From assembly GCA_051313645.2 (NCBI GenBank), contig JBNRSN020000012.1, positions 61,566,001-61,630,000 on the forward strand: a DNA stretch of 64,000 nt, written 5' to 3'. The stretch comes from Centroscyllium fabricii. Taxonomy: Eukaryota. A program made the translations under genes and the position numbers. The first letter of the stretch is position 1. Each line of letters starts with the position of its first letter. The notes under the pieces are model-generated. The model saw nothing but the letters and a program-made list of their open reading frames with translations, did not search any database and was not told where the DNA came from. This document shows positions 50,252 to 64,000 of the stretch, piece after piece.

Positions 50252-53200
50252 GACAAACAACATTTGAAATATTGAAAATAATTATTTCAAATCAATTCTT
50301 TATTGTCCGAAGCATGGCGTTGAAAACATGCAGTGAGCTAAACTCAAAAGTTTTCTGTTAGTGTTTTCTACCGTGAGAGGCAAGTAAACTGAGCTGGAAC
50401 ATAATGAGAGCACTTATCCTCGCCCTACCTCAGAACATTTAAAGTCAGGTCTTCGCTGAACATTCTCTTATTCGCGCGTTTAAACGAGCGACAGTATACC
50501 ATCTCTGTAAAGGACTTAATTTCAACACACATTATGCAGCCGAGGAGAGGTCGGTTTACTTTAGGCGCCATTATTCAACGGATTATCTATGCATATGGTG
50601 TCAAATACAATATGTGACAACGATGTGCAAACTGCTGCTACTGAGCTATTCTCAGTCTACTACAGTTTCCCACTTTGCACCCAAAAGTGCTACTTGATCG
50701 CTTTGTATTTCATCTCCAAACACGCCCGGGTTAATCCTCGTTATTAATGCTTGCATTTTGCGTCCTAAGGGCTTCTGAAAGAATTTTAAAGTTTGCTTGT
50801 TAAATCTGTGTCCTTTCACGACTGATTTAAATTTGTAAATCTTTATAGATGGGCCGTCAAATTATAGTTTAAATCGATAAATATTTTAAGCAATCCGATT
50901 AGATCGAATGTAATAATGATGTTAAGGTAAGTGGTGAAACATAAACGAACTTCAAGCTCCAAACTTGCAAGATAAAGATTCGAACCTCCTACTATTTGAT
51001 TTTATTCAAAATATGAAAAAATAAATAAAGATGAAGAACAATAATGCACATCGTTATTTTTCCAACGCAGTATATTTTGTTTCATACTTGCTATCCTGCA
51101 GGATATAAACGGGTAGATAGATAGGCGGTAGGCAGACAGAATTACATCCTATTATCCATCACATACAGGTGCTCGAAGTTTGTTTACCTTGTGAAAAGTT
51201 TGAGAAATGTTACACTTGTTCCTTGAATAGTTGGGTATCTTTTCTGGTTCAACTAATCAAAATGTTAGGAACCACTAATATTAGAAAGTTTATTTTTTTT
51301 ATAGACAGCGTCTACAAAAGATCACTGTTTAGTTGTGTGTCATTCAAATCGCCCAGTTATTTTAATACTAACATATATTAAACTGAACTGCGAGGAGACA
51401 AGTCGCACTTGTTTTCCTGGTTAAGTGCATTTGCCTCTCACGCAGTGTTGAGTTAATGGAGCTTAAACGTGTAGTGGTTTAAAATGTGTGTCTTTTCGGT
51501 TTACTGTATATATTGGCATCTGTTGGGCGAGTTGAAAAAGGGACCAACAATGCGCAACCATAACAGTAATATCGCGATCTCGTACTTTAAACGCTAGCAT
51601 ATTGTTTGATTACTAATTCGAGTTAATGCGATCTTTATGGAAACATAAGAGCGGATAATTGCCTCTTTTTCTGGGCAACAATATAAATCACAATCGCTTT
51701 ATTATTTAATAACGTCAAACGCTTCGTTGGATTGGCTCCGACAGGGAAGACCTTTTTTCTGCGCAGTGTTGTCGGGAAATACAATGCAGATCTAATTGTG
51801 GAGATTTTTTAAGTTGGCTGCTGTAAATGAACAACAGAGATATGGAAGTTCCAACAGATGTCTGCAGTTCTACTCTGACAAACTAAGCCACACACAGACT
51901 CTGACGACCTATAGAAGAATTTTTGCACTGGACGCCTAGCAACAGTCTAAATCTTTCTCAGACAAATACACCCCCTTCCTCGGTTGCTAGAGAGCACTTC
52001 AAACTGCAGAAAAGGTTATATTGTGTTAACCAGGGCAGTGCGTTTGGCAAATTTTATTGCACTGTTCTGTACACAGTATGTCATGTAATCCGAAATGTAA
52101 AAAGATGTTGGAAAGTCGACGTTGTGATTTTAAATGCTTCTTGAACTGAAATTTCAAAGTTTCTTTCCAAGTAAAGCGTTGCAATAAACTTATTTCATGC
52201 CATATTCCTAAAATATCCCATGATACTATTCCCCCAGGTCGAGCAAATCTAATTAATTCCTGTTTGGACAAAAACAATATTTAAGCAGTTTCTGAAATCG
52301 TTTTCTGTCAGCCACTGAAGGAAATTAACTTGCTCATGTTACCTTGCGAGTTTTTAGGAAACACAACTGTTTGTGGAAATGAACTACTAACAGAAGACTT
52401 TATTGACCTAAAAAGCCACGTTTTCACTCCGCCACGCACCTGTTATCAACATTTTAATGACTGCTAACAATGATCGGGTCTTGCATTGGTGCACAGCAGT
52501 ACACTTCACATCATTTGTAGAAATAGACAACACCAAATGAACACATGGCTCTCCTGAATCCTACAGGGTGATATTGACTATGCGATCGATGAAATAGATG
52601 GCGGATTTCCAACGAAGCCAATGGTAGGAGACACCCAAAGCATTGGGAATACTGGTCACTAGGCTTCTTGTCATAGTTTAATATTTTCTTTAGATCTGAA
52701 ATGCTACCATAATTATAAGACACAGCTGTGTGTATGTGGGGGGGGGGGGGGGGGGGCGGGGGTGGATGGGTGCACCTAGGAGGGTGTCACAAATTCTCCA
52801 GGAGCTACATATCCGTAATTGATTTCGGTATTGTCCCATGCTCAGCCGGTACATCTCAGTTATACTGCCCAAACACGTCACACTGAGCTGAATCACAACA
52901 GAGCATGTTTGGGAGCGACCCATTGTTAGGAAGCAACGCTTCTCTCAAAACACTGAACAATCACGAGTAAGTTCCGAAAGTTCCTAGTTGGGGTTGTACT
53001 GCAGCAGGTGGGAAGCCTAGCGCACTGGAACTAGTTATTAGAGGTGGTCTCACAACTCCTGCTTTAGATACGCTGGGGAGTCAGGGCAGCGATCTAACTA
53101 TCCACTCATACTGCGTATACTGCCGAGCGTGGACCCGCATCCCAAACCACAGCATAATAGCAGACACTGTAAAGAGTATTTGCCAAGTCAAAGACTTGCT

Positions 53201-54329
53201 TCCTCAGTTTAAAAAAAGAGTAATAAGGATGCAGCTTCTCGCACGTCACTGTTTTGCTGCTTTCCAACCCTTTTGTATCTTGGTTCACCACATGCTTAGA
53301 ACAATGCGCGCTTTGATACCAGTGCTCAGCTCAGCAGGAGTCGCGGAGATGCGTAGCACGCACCAACCCAACATTACTCTGCTATCAAAAATATAACAGG
53401 TTGTCAGGACACAAGGCTTGATCGTTGAAGACACACCGAATAACCGTCAAAAAGTTCCCTCTAAATGTTTTTAAAATTCATGTCGCAACGTCTACTGACC
53501 GAACCAGCTGAAGGTCGAGAAACCGTGATCGGATGTAGAGCTTCATTGAATAAAGTTGTAATATTTGTTTTTAAAAAAGGGCAAAAAAAGAGGGTTTAGA
53601 ATGCATCACGTTTAATTGATTTCTGTTATAGATTCTGCCCAGCTGTCCAACAAGGAAGGTCGAATAACAGATCATTAGAAATACAGTTGCATACACCAGT
53701 GTAGCTGGCTGGGATATGACTAAAACTCGGATCTGAGAAGGGGTTGCATACATAAGTCTCATGCAAATACTCGTCACTTCATATGTATGCCCGGTTCTTG
53801 AAACCTGCAATATTGTCCAATGCACAGTTGACTTTGTGCTAAGTACAAGATCATTTAAATTCTTTTGAAAATAAACTTATAGTCTGACTTTTCTGACAGA
53901 ATAATACCGGGTACTTCTGAAATCACCAGAAATAGTCGCTCATTTGTATTCGTTGTTTTCAGTTTCTTACCAGAGTTCGACATTAAATTCAGAACCGTGG
54001 CCACATCGATACTATTTAGCAGATATCAATGTCGCTGATGGGAACTTATAATGTGCGATTTATCTTCGTTTTAAGTTTTTTTTAAAAATAAGTGAAAACT
54101 TAAAGTTATTAAACGAAACTAAAATGGAGGGTAAATTGTCGCGCCGCTGATATAATGTTTTATAGGGACGTTGCCAGTTATTGCAATATTTGAAAGGCAT
54201 CGGCACTCAATCACATCTTTAACCTGAAGTCTATCACCTGCTCTGTGCACATGATGGACATTGGCTAGAATTTCCCGCTACCACTGGCCAATACGGTTCC
54301 TTTCATAGAATCATTAAAAAAATATTCCT

Positions 54330-54947
54330 TCACCAGCAAGGCCAGTATTTATTGCCCCCCCCTAGTTGCCCTCGTGAAGGTGGTGGTGAGCCGCCTTCTT
54401 GAACCGCTGCAGTCCGTGTGGTGAAGGTACTCCCACAGTGCTGTTAGGGAGGGAGTGCCAGGATTTTGACCCAGCGATGAAGGAAGGGCGATATATTTCC
54501 AAGTCAGGATGGTGTGTGACTTGGAGGGGGACTTGGAGGTGGTGGTGATCCCATGCACAGAAGGAGGCTATTCGGCCCATCGTGCCTGTGCCAGCTCTTT
54601 GAAAGAGCTCTCCAATTAGTCCCACTCCCCCGCTCTTCCCTTGTAGACATGCATTCTTCCCCCTTCAAGTATTTATCCAATTTCCTTTTGAAAGTTACTA
54701 TTGAATCTGCTTCCATCACCCTTTCAGGCCGTGCGTCGAAGCTTATTAACTATTTGAGCTCGCAAGCATGTTAAACATAGAAACATAGAAGATAGGAGCA
54801 GGAATGGGCCATTCGGCCCCTCGAGCCTGCTCTGCCATTCAATGAGATCATGGCTGATCATCCAAACCCAGCACCCGTCCCTGCCTTGTCCCCATATCCC
54901 TCGATCCCTATCGAGCCTGCACCGACCCATATCCCACCCTATCCCCG
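54330..54947 (-). mobile_element. Cluster of three short retroelement 3' ends: two CR1-group tails (~54330-54555 and ~54556-54725) and an HE1-SINE 3' part (~54773-54947)
   Basis: SKSWHSLPNSTVGVPSPHGLQRFKKAAHHHL; MEADSIVTFKRKLDKYLK; the last part matches ~19440-19610. Confidence 0.85.
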
Positions 54948-55654
54948 TTGTCACTAAGTTGTCACTTAAAGAACTGCTAAGTTATAACATTACTCTCTCA
55001 ACATGAAGCGTTAACTTATGTGTTGGACTTCAATGTAAATACTAATAGCTAATGGTCGAAAGTGAATCCTGGGACACGCTGAGTAGTTGCTGACGATACA
55101 AGTATCTTTTAATTTCACACTGCTTATATTGTATGACAAGTCCATAAAGTGATAGACTAGCTAGTGCTAAGTGATTATTGATAGGTCAGTTTCAGTGGTC
55201 TGACGACTGGCAAATGATTTGGAACATGCCCAGTGATCTTTTGGACCTAGGCTGCCTCCGAAGTTTCATTCGCAAGTGTGCTAATCAACGGCCATCTGGA
55301 CTTGGCAGCTCTTAGAAACCCCAACTGGCATCTGTAACAGTAATCTGAACGCTACTGTGTGCGCGCACTGTGCAATGGACTGTTCTTCGGGCACCTGCAG
55401 CAGATCCGTGGTGTTGGCATGCACCATGTGATACTGTATTTTGTTTTCAGTTACCCTCTCTCTCATCCTTTTCCCTTTCAGTCTCCAACCTTAGTTCTTT
55501 TTGTGTGACAGAGAATGTGAATTGCTAGCATGTTTAGGCTTTGTAAATCTGTAAGTGAATCAAGGAATCAAGCTCCGCGCCAGAGATCTGGAGAGACAGA
55601 GACATGCTTATAACCAAGATGCACACAATAAGAACGGGAATGTTCAAAATACTA

Positions 55655-55830
55655 AAGCAAAAAACAGAAAATACTGGAAACACTCAGCAGGCCAGGCAGC
55701 ATCTGCGGAGAGGACAGAACTGTTAACGTTTCGGGTGTAGCTCCGCCGTTAAAACGCTAGCATTCTCTGTTTTGTTTTCAGAGTTCCAGCATCTGAAGTG
55801 TTGTTATTTTCTGTTTTGTTTATTTTCAGT
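55655..55830. mobile_element. Penelope-like short repeat remnant in inverted arrangement
   Basis: AAAACAGAAAATACTGGAAACACTCAGCAGGCCAGGCAGCATCTG..GTTAACGTTTC, then a partial reverse copy (TTCCAGCATCTG..TTTTCTGTTTT). Confidence 0.6.
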
Positions 55831-57189
55831 ACTGAAGCTGGGGTGTATGTGCCGAAGTGCCCCTACATTCGAATGTTCTGAGATTGTTCCGTGTTGCATA
55901 TAGTTCAGATGGTATATCCTGGAATTCACAAAGAATGTTGCTACTGAACTTTAGGGGTCGAAATCGGATCGAAAATTCACGACTTTGATACCACGGAGTT
56001 TGGCACATGTGCCTCCTCCACCCCAGCACCGTGCCCTGGGTTATTGGAGAATTCATTGAGATGAACATCCCCCCCCCCCCCCCCATCCCCCTCTTTCTTT
56101 TCCAGGCTCTTTCATAGTTTAGGTTTGGGGGCTGGGGGGAGGGGTCGTGACTAAGGATGTCAACCCGTTTAGCTTAAAATGTCATTCTGAGACCCACGTT
56201 TTATTATAATGAATTATGAATAGTATGAATAAGTAATGAGTATCTGGTGCCTCAGATATTTTCCCATTTTTTTTCCAAGCATCAGAATTGCTGCGCGGGA
56301 AATCAGATTTCCGGTTTGATGGCAGCCTTTAAGTGACCAGGGGAAAAAATACATCGAGTCCGCACACTTATTTCCTCGTTACTTGCCACAAATTGCTAAA
56401 ACGCTACTAAATCCATTGTAAAAGACGCCCATTTTAAAACCAAAAAATCCCAGCATGGTTTTATTTTGGATGTCTGGTATGATTTTAACATATTTACACG
56501 GACACGCATCTATCTCACACTAACCATTGCGAGCACAAGTCGAAGATTTGAGGGTGTCATTAGCATTCGCTTCCACCCCATATGAATCCTTAGTCATACA
56601 CTTTGCAAACTGGTTACCCTTATATCAGGACTGAACTGTTTGAGATAATTCGTTTAATTGGGTCACGTAAAATAAAAAAACGGTTCAACCCTTTAGAGTG
56701 GGTTAGCTGTTTGTCATTTAATGGGAAAACGGACCAGAGCAGAAAGATGAGGTTCACCGTCACACATCGGAGCCCTGTACAGTAAAGTGGAGGAACCCCA
56801 ATATCAGCTGCCCTATAAACCTGTTAACAAAAAACCTCGACTTTGTTAAATTAGAACTGTTTACAGCAACCATGCAAATGTGGTTTTTTTTCAATCAGAA
56901 CAAAATTTGCGATTCAGTCAGTAATATCCGGAAAATGCCAATTTAAAACTTATGCATTGCTCTTATTCAGATACAAAAGGAAGATTTGCCAACGGGAGCA
57001 AATGAGGTGGGGCTGTGACACTGGGTCCCAGTGCAAGCAGGAAACTCCCAGGCACAAATAGTGTGATCTTAAGTACACTGCTAAGTGTTTGTCTTGATCG
57101 GAATTATATGTCTTTAAGCCCATTCACCACGTGAACGGAGCAGATAGCGGATACCCCGCAGGTGCACGGCCATACTCTGCCATCCGGAC

Positions 57190-57335
57190 ATTAATGCAGA
57201 TCACTCTCAGTCCGTTTGATCGGGGCCTTTAAAATCCTATAAAACTGCCTGTGACGAAATGCCAGACTAGTATTTTCTTGAAGAATGCCTCGCGGGCACG
57301 TCCTTCGCAGCTTTAAAGATCTGCTGAAGGTACGA
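57190..57335. promoter_or_regulatory. Probable Sox2 N1 enhancer core
   Basis: GTTTGAT (57214) and CTTTAAA (57227) Lef/Tcf-like sites followed by TGTGAC (57250), the recalled N-1c block order; ~16 kb downstream of sox2. Confidence 0.65.
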
Positions 57336-60300
57336 CAACTCTTAGCTGCGAGTGCAGGAGCATGTCAGCTTTCACTGGTGATCAGGTTGCACGGAGCTGA
57401 CCATTTAGTAAACATGAGACCAATACCTGTACCCTTTGTTTTGTGTACGTTTTAATCTGTTATTTGTGCAATCAACCCTGGCATTTCTAAAAAAAACCCT
57501 GCTCTGTCACTAAAATATTGAAAGATTTGTTATGCCATATATAAAGCATATATTTCATGCGTGTAGTATTACTCATATTAATATGCATGATTGTGACGTT
57601 CATACATTTCTTTACAACTTCGCAAATAGACGTTGTTGTTACACATTTCCCCACTTACAAATCCTCCAACAACCTCCTGACGGACCAAATTAAAATGAAT
57701 AGCAAGAACAAATGAGGACAAACACTGTACAAGTAAAAGCACGCCTTGCTCAATCTAAGTGTTCTTCAAGGTAGAGTCATCCTTAACCCTTTGCTAGCCT
57801 GTCACTACCATGTTGCTGTTTCTGCTGTTGCCCATTAAAGAAAAATCCTATCCGAATTTTGCCAGTGAATCCCTAAACTGTTTTAATACATCGATTTTGT
57901 AAACGTTCATCAAGTCGCACACTGGTGGTGTGTGGCACTCCACACGTGACCTTATTGTGGGCCGCTGAATTGACTAAAGGGCTAGTAGAGGCCGTTCTTG
58001 CTGAGCTACGGGCTGTAGTTTCAAACGGTCAGAAATTAGATGCTCAAATTCTACAAAGTGCAATTGTTCTGTTTAAAATAAGTCATGATGCTAAAATGTG
58101 TTTGTTGGAATCGTTGCAAAGATTATTGGAGTATTAGATAACTGTCATGGTACGGTATTCAGTAGATTTATTTAAACGGGGTTAGAATGAAAGCTATTGG
58201 AAATTAGATTTTACGATATTTTAAAGTTCTGCTCTAATGCAATGCAAACTCATGTGTTTTCAGAGAAACAGAGCCTGTAACTAGCTCATATTTGCATACC
58301 CACGGCAATTGAGGAACAGATAACGATTGTTGTAAGATTGCACATCCGACCCGAAGAAGCGGCAATAGTCTGATAGAATCAGTTACATTTAAAACGTGTG
58401 TCTGAAAACTTTACTGCTTCACAAAGTATCCTAACTAGCACTCCCATCCCCGTCACAACCAGACTCAAAAAACAATCATGGTACTCGGCGCAAGCAACCA
58501 TACAGAATTCTATATTAGCTTGGGTGAATAGAAAGAGGGGATTTTACAACACCAGCCCCCATTGTTCCCCAGATCCCTCCCAATTTCAGGCTTGACTTGC
58601 ACATCCAAAGTTTGTTTGTTAATGACGCCGTTACCATCTGCCTCGTTCTACTTTCCAAAAAAAAGAGAGAAGTAAATCTCTCTTGCATTTGTCAAGATTT
58701 GCGTTTTTGCAAATGATCTGCAAAACAATTTAAAACAAAGGAAATATTCGAACGTTTGGCTGACACTTGCGTGTTAACCGTTACACAACCGTACATTCCG
58801 TCGAAACAAAATGGCACGGAAAGTTCAGAAGCTGACGGTTCTGATTACCAAATCATTGTTTTATTTTCGAAACGTAACGGGTCATAACTGAATGCCCCTC
58901 ACACTTCTCTGAATCTGACTTGAAGCGGGAACCTTAGCGAACTGGCCATAAATTAGACATGCAGTGCGACAGACTGGGTGATCATTGAAGAGCCCAAATG
59001 AATACACCCAAAGGAAAGGCTTGTCACTATTTACCCTTCATCTCCTCACACAAAAAAAAATAGACCGAAATCTGTTCTCTAGCTTGCTGAACCTAAATGT
59101 CGTAGGAGATTCGCATTTTGCGTCTGTTTCCGAGTAATGTCATCTCAACGGTTTGGTGTCTTTTGCATTGAAAAGCGATTGAGGTTTTGTGTGCTTTTCG
59201 CATAAAAGCTTGACAAAAGTTGAGATGGTTTATGTATGGCCCCCACAATAGCTCTATTTATCCGCTGCGCACAGCCTGAGCCTTCAGTGAATTGGAAAAC
59301 GGAGTCAAACTCAACCCCGATCGCGTGGTCTTGTTTACAACCCCCAGTAGCCGAGAGAAAGCCATGAAAGAAATGAAAACGATGTACATCCAGAAAATGC
59401 ATAGTTCTTTTCTTTGTGTTAAAGTTAGAGAAAAAAAATCCTTGGCAGCTTAATAGGGGAAGAGGGCAGTCGCATCCTATATTCATCAGCTTTGAAACAG
59501 ATGGTATTTCATGTTGCTTTTTCAGTCCCCACTTGTTGATCTGCTACAGTTAGAAAGACAAGATCGATTTTTTTTCCTGGTTCTGCGTCGGCGCTTCAAA
59601 TTTTGCAGAAATGCCACACACAATTAAAACTTATATTTCCTGAAATGAAGATGTAATTTCTCAACGCTGTTGTAACCAGCCAATGAAAGGGACGGATCGT
59701 GTGCGCCCAAGCTGTGATTTCCCTTAAGAATTCAACAGTTGGTTAAGAAAAAAAAAATTGTACCAGTGTTAAAACTGGCGACAATCTGATTTTTCTTCAG
59801 TGATTTCCGAATACCATTTCGAGATAGATGGCTAATCGGCGGGCACCAATTCGCTAGCAATAGAAGGCAATTTATACGCATGCACACATATGCACTTATC
59901 AATAACGTCATTCAGATGCTAACTGATTGTTAGAACTCTTTTCTTGAGACTGCTAACTTAACTATAAAAACACACTTACTGGGAAAACTCACAAACATTT
60001 CACGAAACATTGCTTCACCTGTTTAACGAGCCAGACCTTTATGGGTAAGGCATTTAAAACTCTAATATTACTTCACGTGGGGTGTGTTATGAGCGATAAT
60101 AATAGAGCAAATTAAGTCTGCTTTGCATGGAGTACTTGTCTTTTCAGTAAAGTAGTTCATTAGCCGCGAACTCGTTGTATTACAGCACACTTAAGGAATT
60201 TTGTACTGTTTGCATCTGCTGCAAACCTCAGTCAGAATCCAAACACCATTTTAATTCCATGAAAATTAAACGCACATAAACATCACGCAGGTCTATACAT

Positions 60301-63300
60301 CTGATTTGCTTTTTGATCATTATCTGGATTGCCGTACAATCCACGCATAAATTTATATAGGAAGCTAAAGCTATTTCTTATTAATCACGATCGCCTGAAT
60401 CTTAATGTTAAATTTACTCAATTATTCGCATGACTTCACTTAAACAGTAATTTCTGTTATCCAGCTGTCCACCTATTCTTTAACTACTGCCAGAAGTTGA
60501 AACTCGATTATGTCGAATCTATAGTTCCCTTTAGTTTTTCACGACCTGATTAATGCTTCGGTGTGGTCCCTATACAGGCGATGAATCGTACTCTTTCTGC
60601 CCCCACTATCACAGACAGCACCGGAATGCAGAGGGGCTTTATCTTTTATTTATCCTAGAGGTTGCTTTGTAAGTCTGCAATCAAAGTACAGTATGCAGAA
60701 TTGTAAACCCATGCATTACACAAAAATATCCGCAGCTTTATTAATGACTTGTAATTTAACTGGAGAATTCGAATGTATTACATGCAAATAACAATGACGT
60801 GTTTTGAATTTGACCATTATTGCATAGGAAATACTGGGCACGGTCCATATTTCTTGCTCCGTTTAAAGATTTGTCTACCAACTTGTTTCGAAAGCCATCC
60901 GAAGGCCGCTAGATACATTTTAGATTTACATTTGCACACATTTTATTTAATATCAAAGCTCAATCTTTCATGTGTTCTGGAAATGACCAATAGCTGAAGT
61001 TAGTATACATCCCACAAATCTGTTCTAGAACATTTCCCCCAGGTAACACATTCTAGATAATATAACATCATAGTGTGAATGACGTAGTTAATGCTTTATA
61101 GTCCTTAAGTCTAACTAAAAAATCCTTGGTTCCAGCACAACTGTTGGTTGGACTGATTTTCAGTCAATAAACGGAATATATGGGCCGTCGGTTCAATGGA
61201 ATGCATATTGTTTACTAAAAAAAACTAGTAGATGTAAAATAATGTGGCCTGATTCTGCTTCTGTGTCAAAATGCATAATTAGTCCACAGTGATTACTTTC
61301 CAGTTCACAGAAGACGTGGAGAATCAGACTGGTGTTTGTGCTAAAGTGTAATATGTATTGTGTAGGTATAATTGCTTCAAATGTAGTTTGCCAGTACTCA
61401 CTGTACTTTTAGTCTCCCACCTACCTACACACTAGCAAACTGGATTAACTAACACCACTGGTGTTGAGCAAGGCCATTGATCTGGGGAACATCATCAAAT
61501 TTCTCATTAACTTTTACAGGCAGTTGCCGCAGCCCAACTTGAAGCTCGTGTTCCTCCCTGAGCAGGACCAGGGAGTTGATGGCCGAAATCTGTTGCAAGA
61601 AGACCGCCCTGCAGAAGTGCATGCAATCGCTGGGATTCAGGCATTGCACATTATTATAAATAACGCGGGTTCACACGCTTATCAAGTGACGGCAGAACAA
61701 CCGAGCCATTTTAATCAAGTGGTTATCTTAACCATCATGGAGATCAGAGCGCTATCACTGTGGGGCTCGTCATTGTGCCTATGCTGGAAATGACAGCTCT
61801 CTGACTAATGGGGACCAGTCAGTGGATGAGATTTCAGTACCCTGCACTAAAATTCACGCATTACCATTTCATTAAAACACACGGAAAGAAAGCATGCTTT
61901 TTAAGCAGTTATTAAGACTGATTCCTAATTGTTCGGTCGGGACCCACAATAAATTGTAGAGAATTCCCCAAAGTCAGCGGTCTTTTTCTTAAGCTTCCCA
62001 AGTATTGGAAACTGCCAGGAATCAACTCTGTGCTCAACTTTTCTGGAAACGTCACTTAAAAAAAAAAGTCATGTGTAAATATCGTATCATTTAATATTCA
62101 GCAAACGGTCACCGTTTTCGATATAACCGATTGAATTCCTTGTCTCTGGTCAGTTCCGTCCGTCTTCACATTTAGCCTGTCAAAGGTGATTCAAACTATG
62201 TTTTCATGTTGACTCATTCAGAATAAAGTACATTTCTGCTTACCGTTTTCTGTGGTCAAACGGAGCCACTGGATTTTCCAGGTTTTGCTAGTTATCTTTG
62301 ACCAAATTCCTGTCTGTTACAACAGTTAGAATTGCTGATAAAGCTGGGGTAATAATGTAGATCGAAGTGTAGGTTTGATTCTTAAACGTGTTAAATCCAT
62401 CTTATTTATAGAAGTACAAAAGGCAGATTGTGTGCTAGTAGAGTATGTAAACCGTTTGGGAGTGTGTATTTCAGTTTCTAGAGACAGAAACTTGAATTCT
62501 TTAAAGTATCTCATTCCCAATGTTTTACTCAAGTGTTCCATTGTTACTTATAAAGGGTAGATATTTAGTTAAAGCACCTATTGATCAAAACTAGAGATTC
62601 CCAGATCACCAATACTATATTTTAAGCAAGTGCAACGATTGACTTTAAGTTGGAATTTGTTATTTATAATATACAATTACAAAAACACTTTAAAGACAAG
62701 ATCACGTTACCGTATATTTAAAGCATAACAACTTTGTGTAAATTCTGCACATATGTGGTTAACTTTGTTTACATATACGTTCCTTAAGTTAATTAGTATG
62801 TATCTATTTTTTCCATTTAGGTGAGGAATGTAAAACACGTTTCAAATTAAACTGAAAAGAACATTACTTCTCAAGACACATTTTATTAGAAAATGCAACC
62901 AATTTTACACGCATTGTCTGTCGTTTGAAGTTCACGCACCAAATTATCCCAAATGGCGAAACCCAAAACTTCCTCAAATGACAAGTCACGTTATCATTTT
63001 AGGAAAAGGCGGGCTGAAGATCTGTGACAGCTCAGACTCTCATATCGATTATATGACAGGATGGGTCATTTACGGTGCTGTACGCGAAGAATTATAGATA
63101 TCACACAAGACATCACCTTTCAGACACAATTTGAGATTAGAAGCGAGCAAATTTGTCGAGTGACTGTGTATCAGATTTGCCTAAGAGATATATTAGCTGG
63201 TTGCCTCTCTAGTCCACGCTCCACATCTAACCCTGCTGGAGCAAGCCAGCTGAACGCAGAAATCTTCCCCACTTGAACTCTGTTAAGAAAATGCTCTGGT

Positions 63301-64000
63301 TGAAATTTTCTGTAATAGTTCTTTTAATAATTTTTCAAAGGTCGTTCCATCACTTGGCAGTAATGCATACAAACAAAGAGGGCACTGAAATGTTCTTATA
63401 TTGATTATTTGTCACCGTGCATTTGTCACTTTCAATAACTTTTCCTGAAGTTTTACTTACGGGCACTTGAGCTTTTAGATTAGCTCAGCTCTTTGTATTT
63501 CAGAGTAGTTTTGCGCCAAAGGCTTAATTATACAGTGTCCTACTTCCGAGTGGCCAAATCCTGAAGCAGACCATTGTGGTGGCCATCATAAAGCGAAAAG
63601 CATTAATATATGGCACCATTAATCTGTTCTCAGTTCAAGAAATCCCACCCTACAGCATTCACCCAGATCGATACAAGAAGCCTTTGCATAACCCTTGTAT
63701 TTCTAGTCTTATTACCTGTAAAAACTCTGCTTCCATTTGTACTACTGCTTTCACTTTCCCCGCTTTCTCTTCCCAACCATTTCCATTTCAGAACTTTTTT
63801 CTTTCTTTTAATTTAATTTGAATTAATAGTCCACTTGTCTTCGCCCTGCTCTGGCTTTCTTTGACATGCAGTTGTTTCAATGATTGTGTGCGTGCGTACT
63901 TGAAATCGTGGCGTAAGTCCTTCTCGAGTGCGAGCGATTTTTATATTGAAAGGTGAACCGAGTGAATAACAAATAAAATCTTCGCATTTATCTGAATTGC

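Noticed and set aside
55720-55745. Second intact hammerhead ribozyme
   Set aside because: Only the GAAACGUUAAC half is present on the minus strand; the CUGANGA core is missing.
61449-61793. Overlapping 66-aa and 110-aa ORFs in a locally GC-richer patch
   Set aside because: No recognisable homology or convincing gene structure.

Overview
Vertebrate genomic DNA, most likely from a cartilaginous fish (shark or ray), judged from HE1/V-SINE, HER1/CR1 and SacSINE1-like repeats. The only intact host protein gene is single-exon sox2 (41050-41982, +), with its CpG-rich promoter and conserved 3' UTR. Likely orthologues of the Sox2 enhancers N2/SRR1 (~38.1 kb), SRR2 (~44.6 kb) and N1 (~57.2 kb) are present, plus a candidate Sox2-ot lncRNA exon (31875-32153). 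The left ~28 kb is a nested transposon mosaic: a Harbinger transposase with one nonsense codon plus MITEs, CR1, L2, Rex1, hAT, a solo LTR, SINEs, and a Penelope-type insert with a minimal hammerhead ribozyme. From ~29 kb to the end the DNA is nearly transposon-free and visibly retains CpG. Best leads: a 5S-derived SINE with a Rex1-like tail, the hammerhead mini-insert, a structured module in a CR1 3' UTR, and an SRR2-like element lacking the Sox-Oct motif. All homology calls come from recalled sequences, not from searches. Repeat boundaries are approximate.
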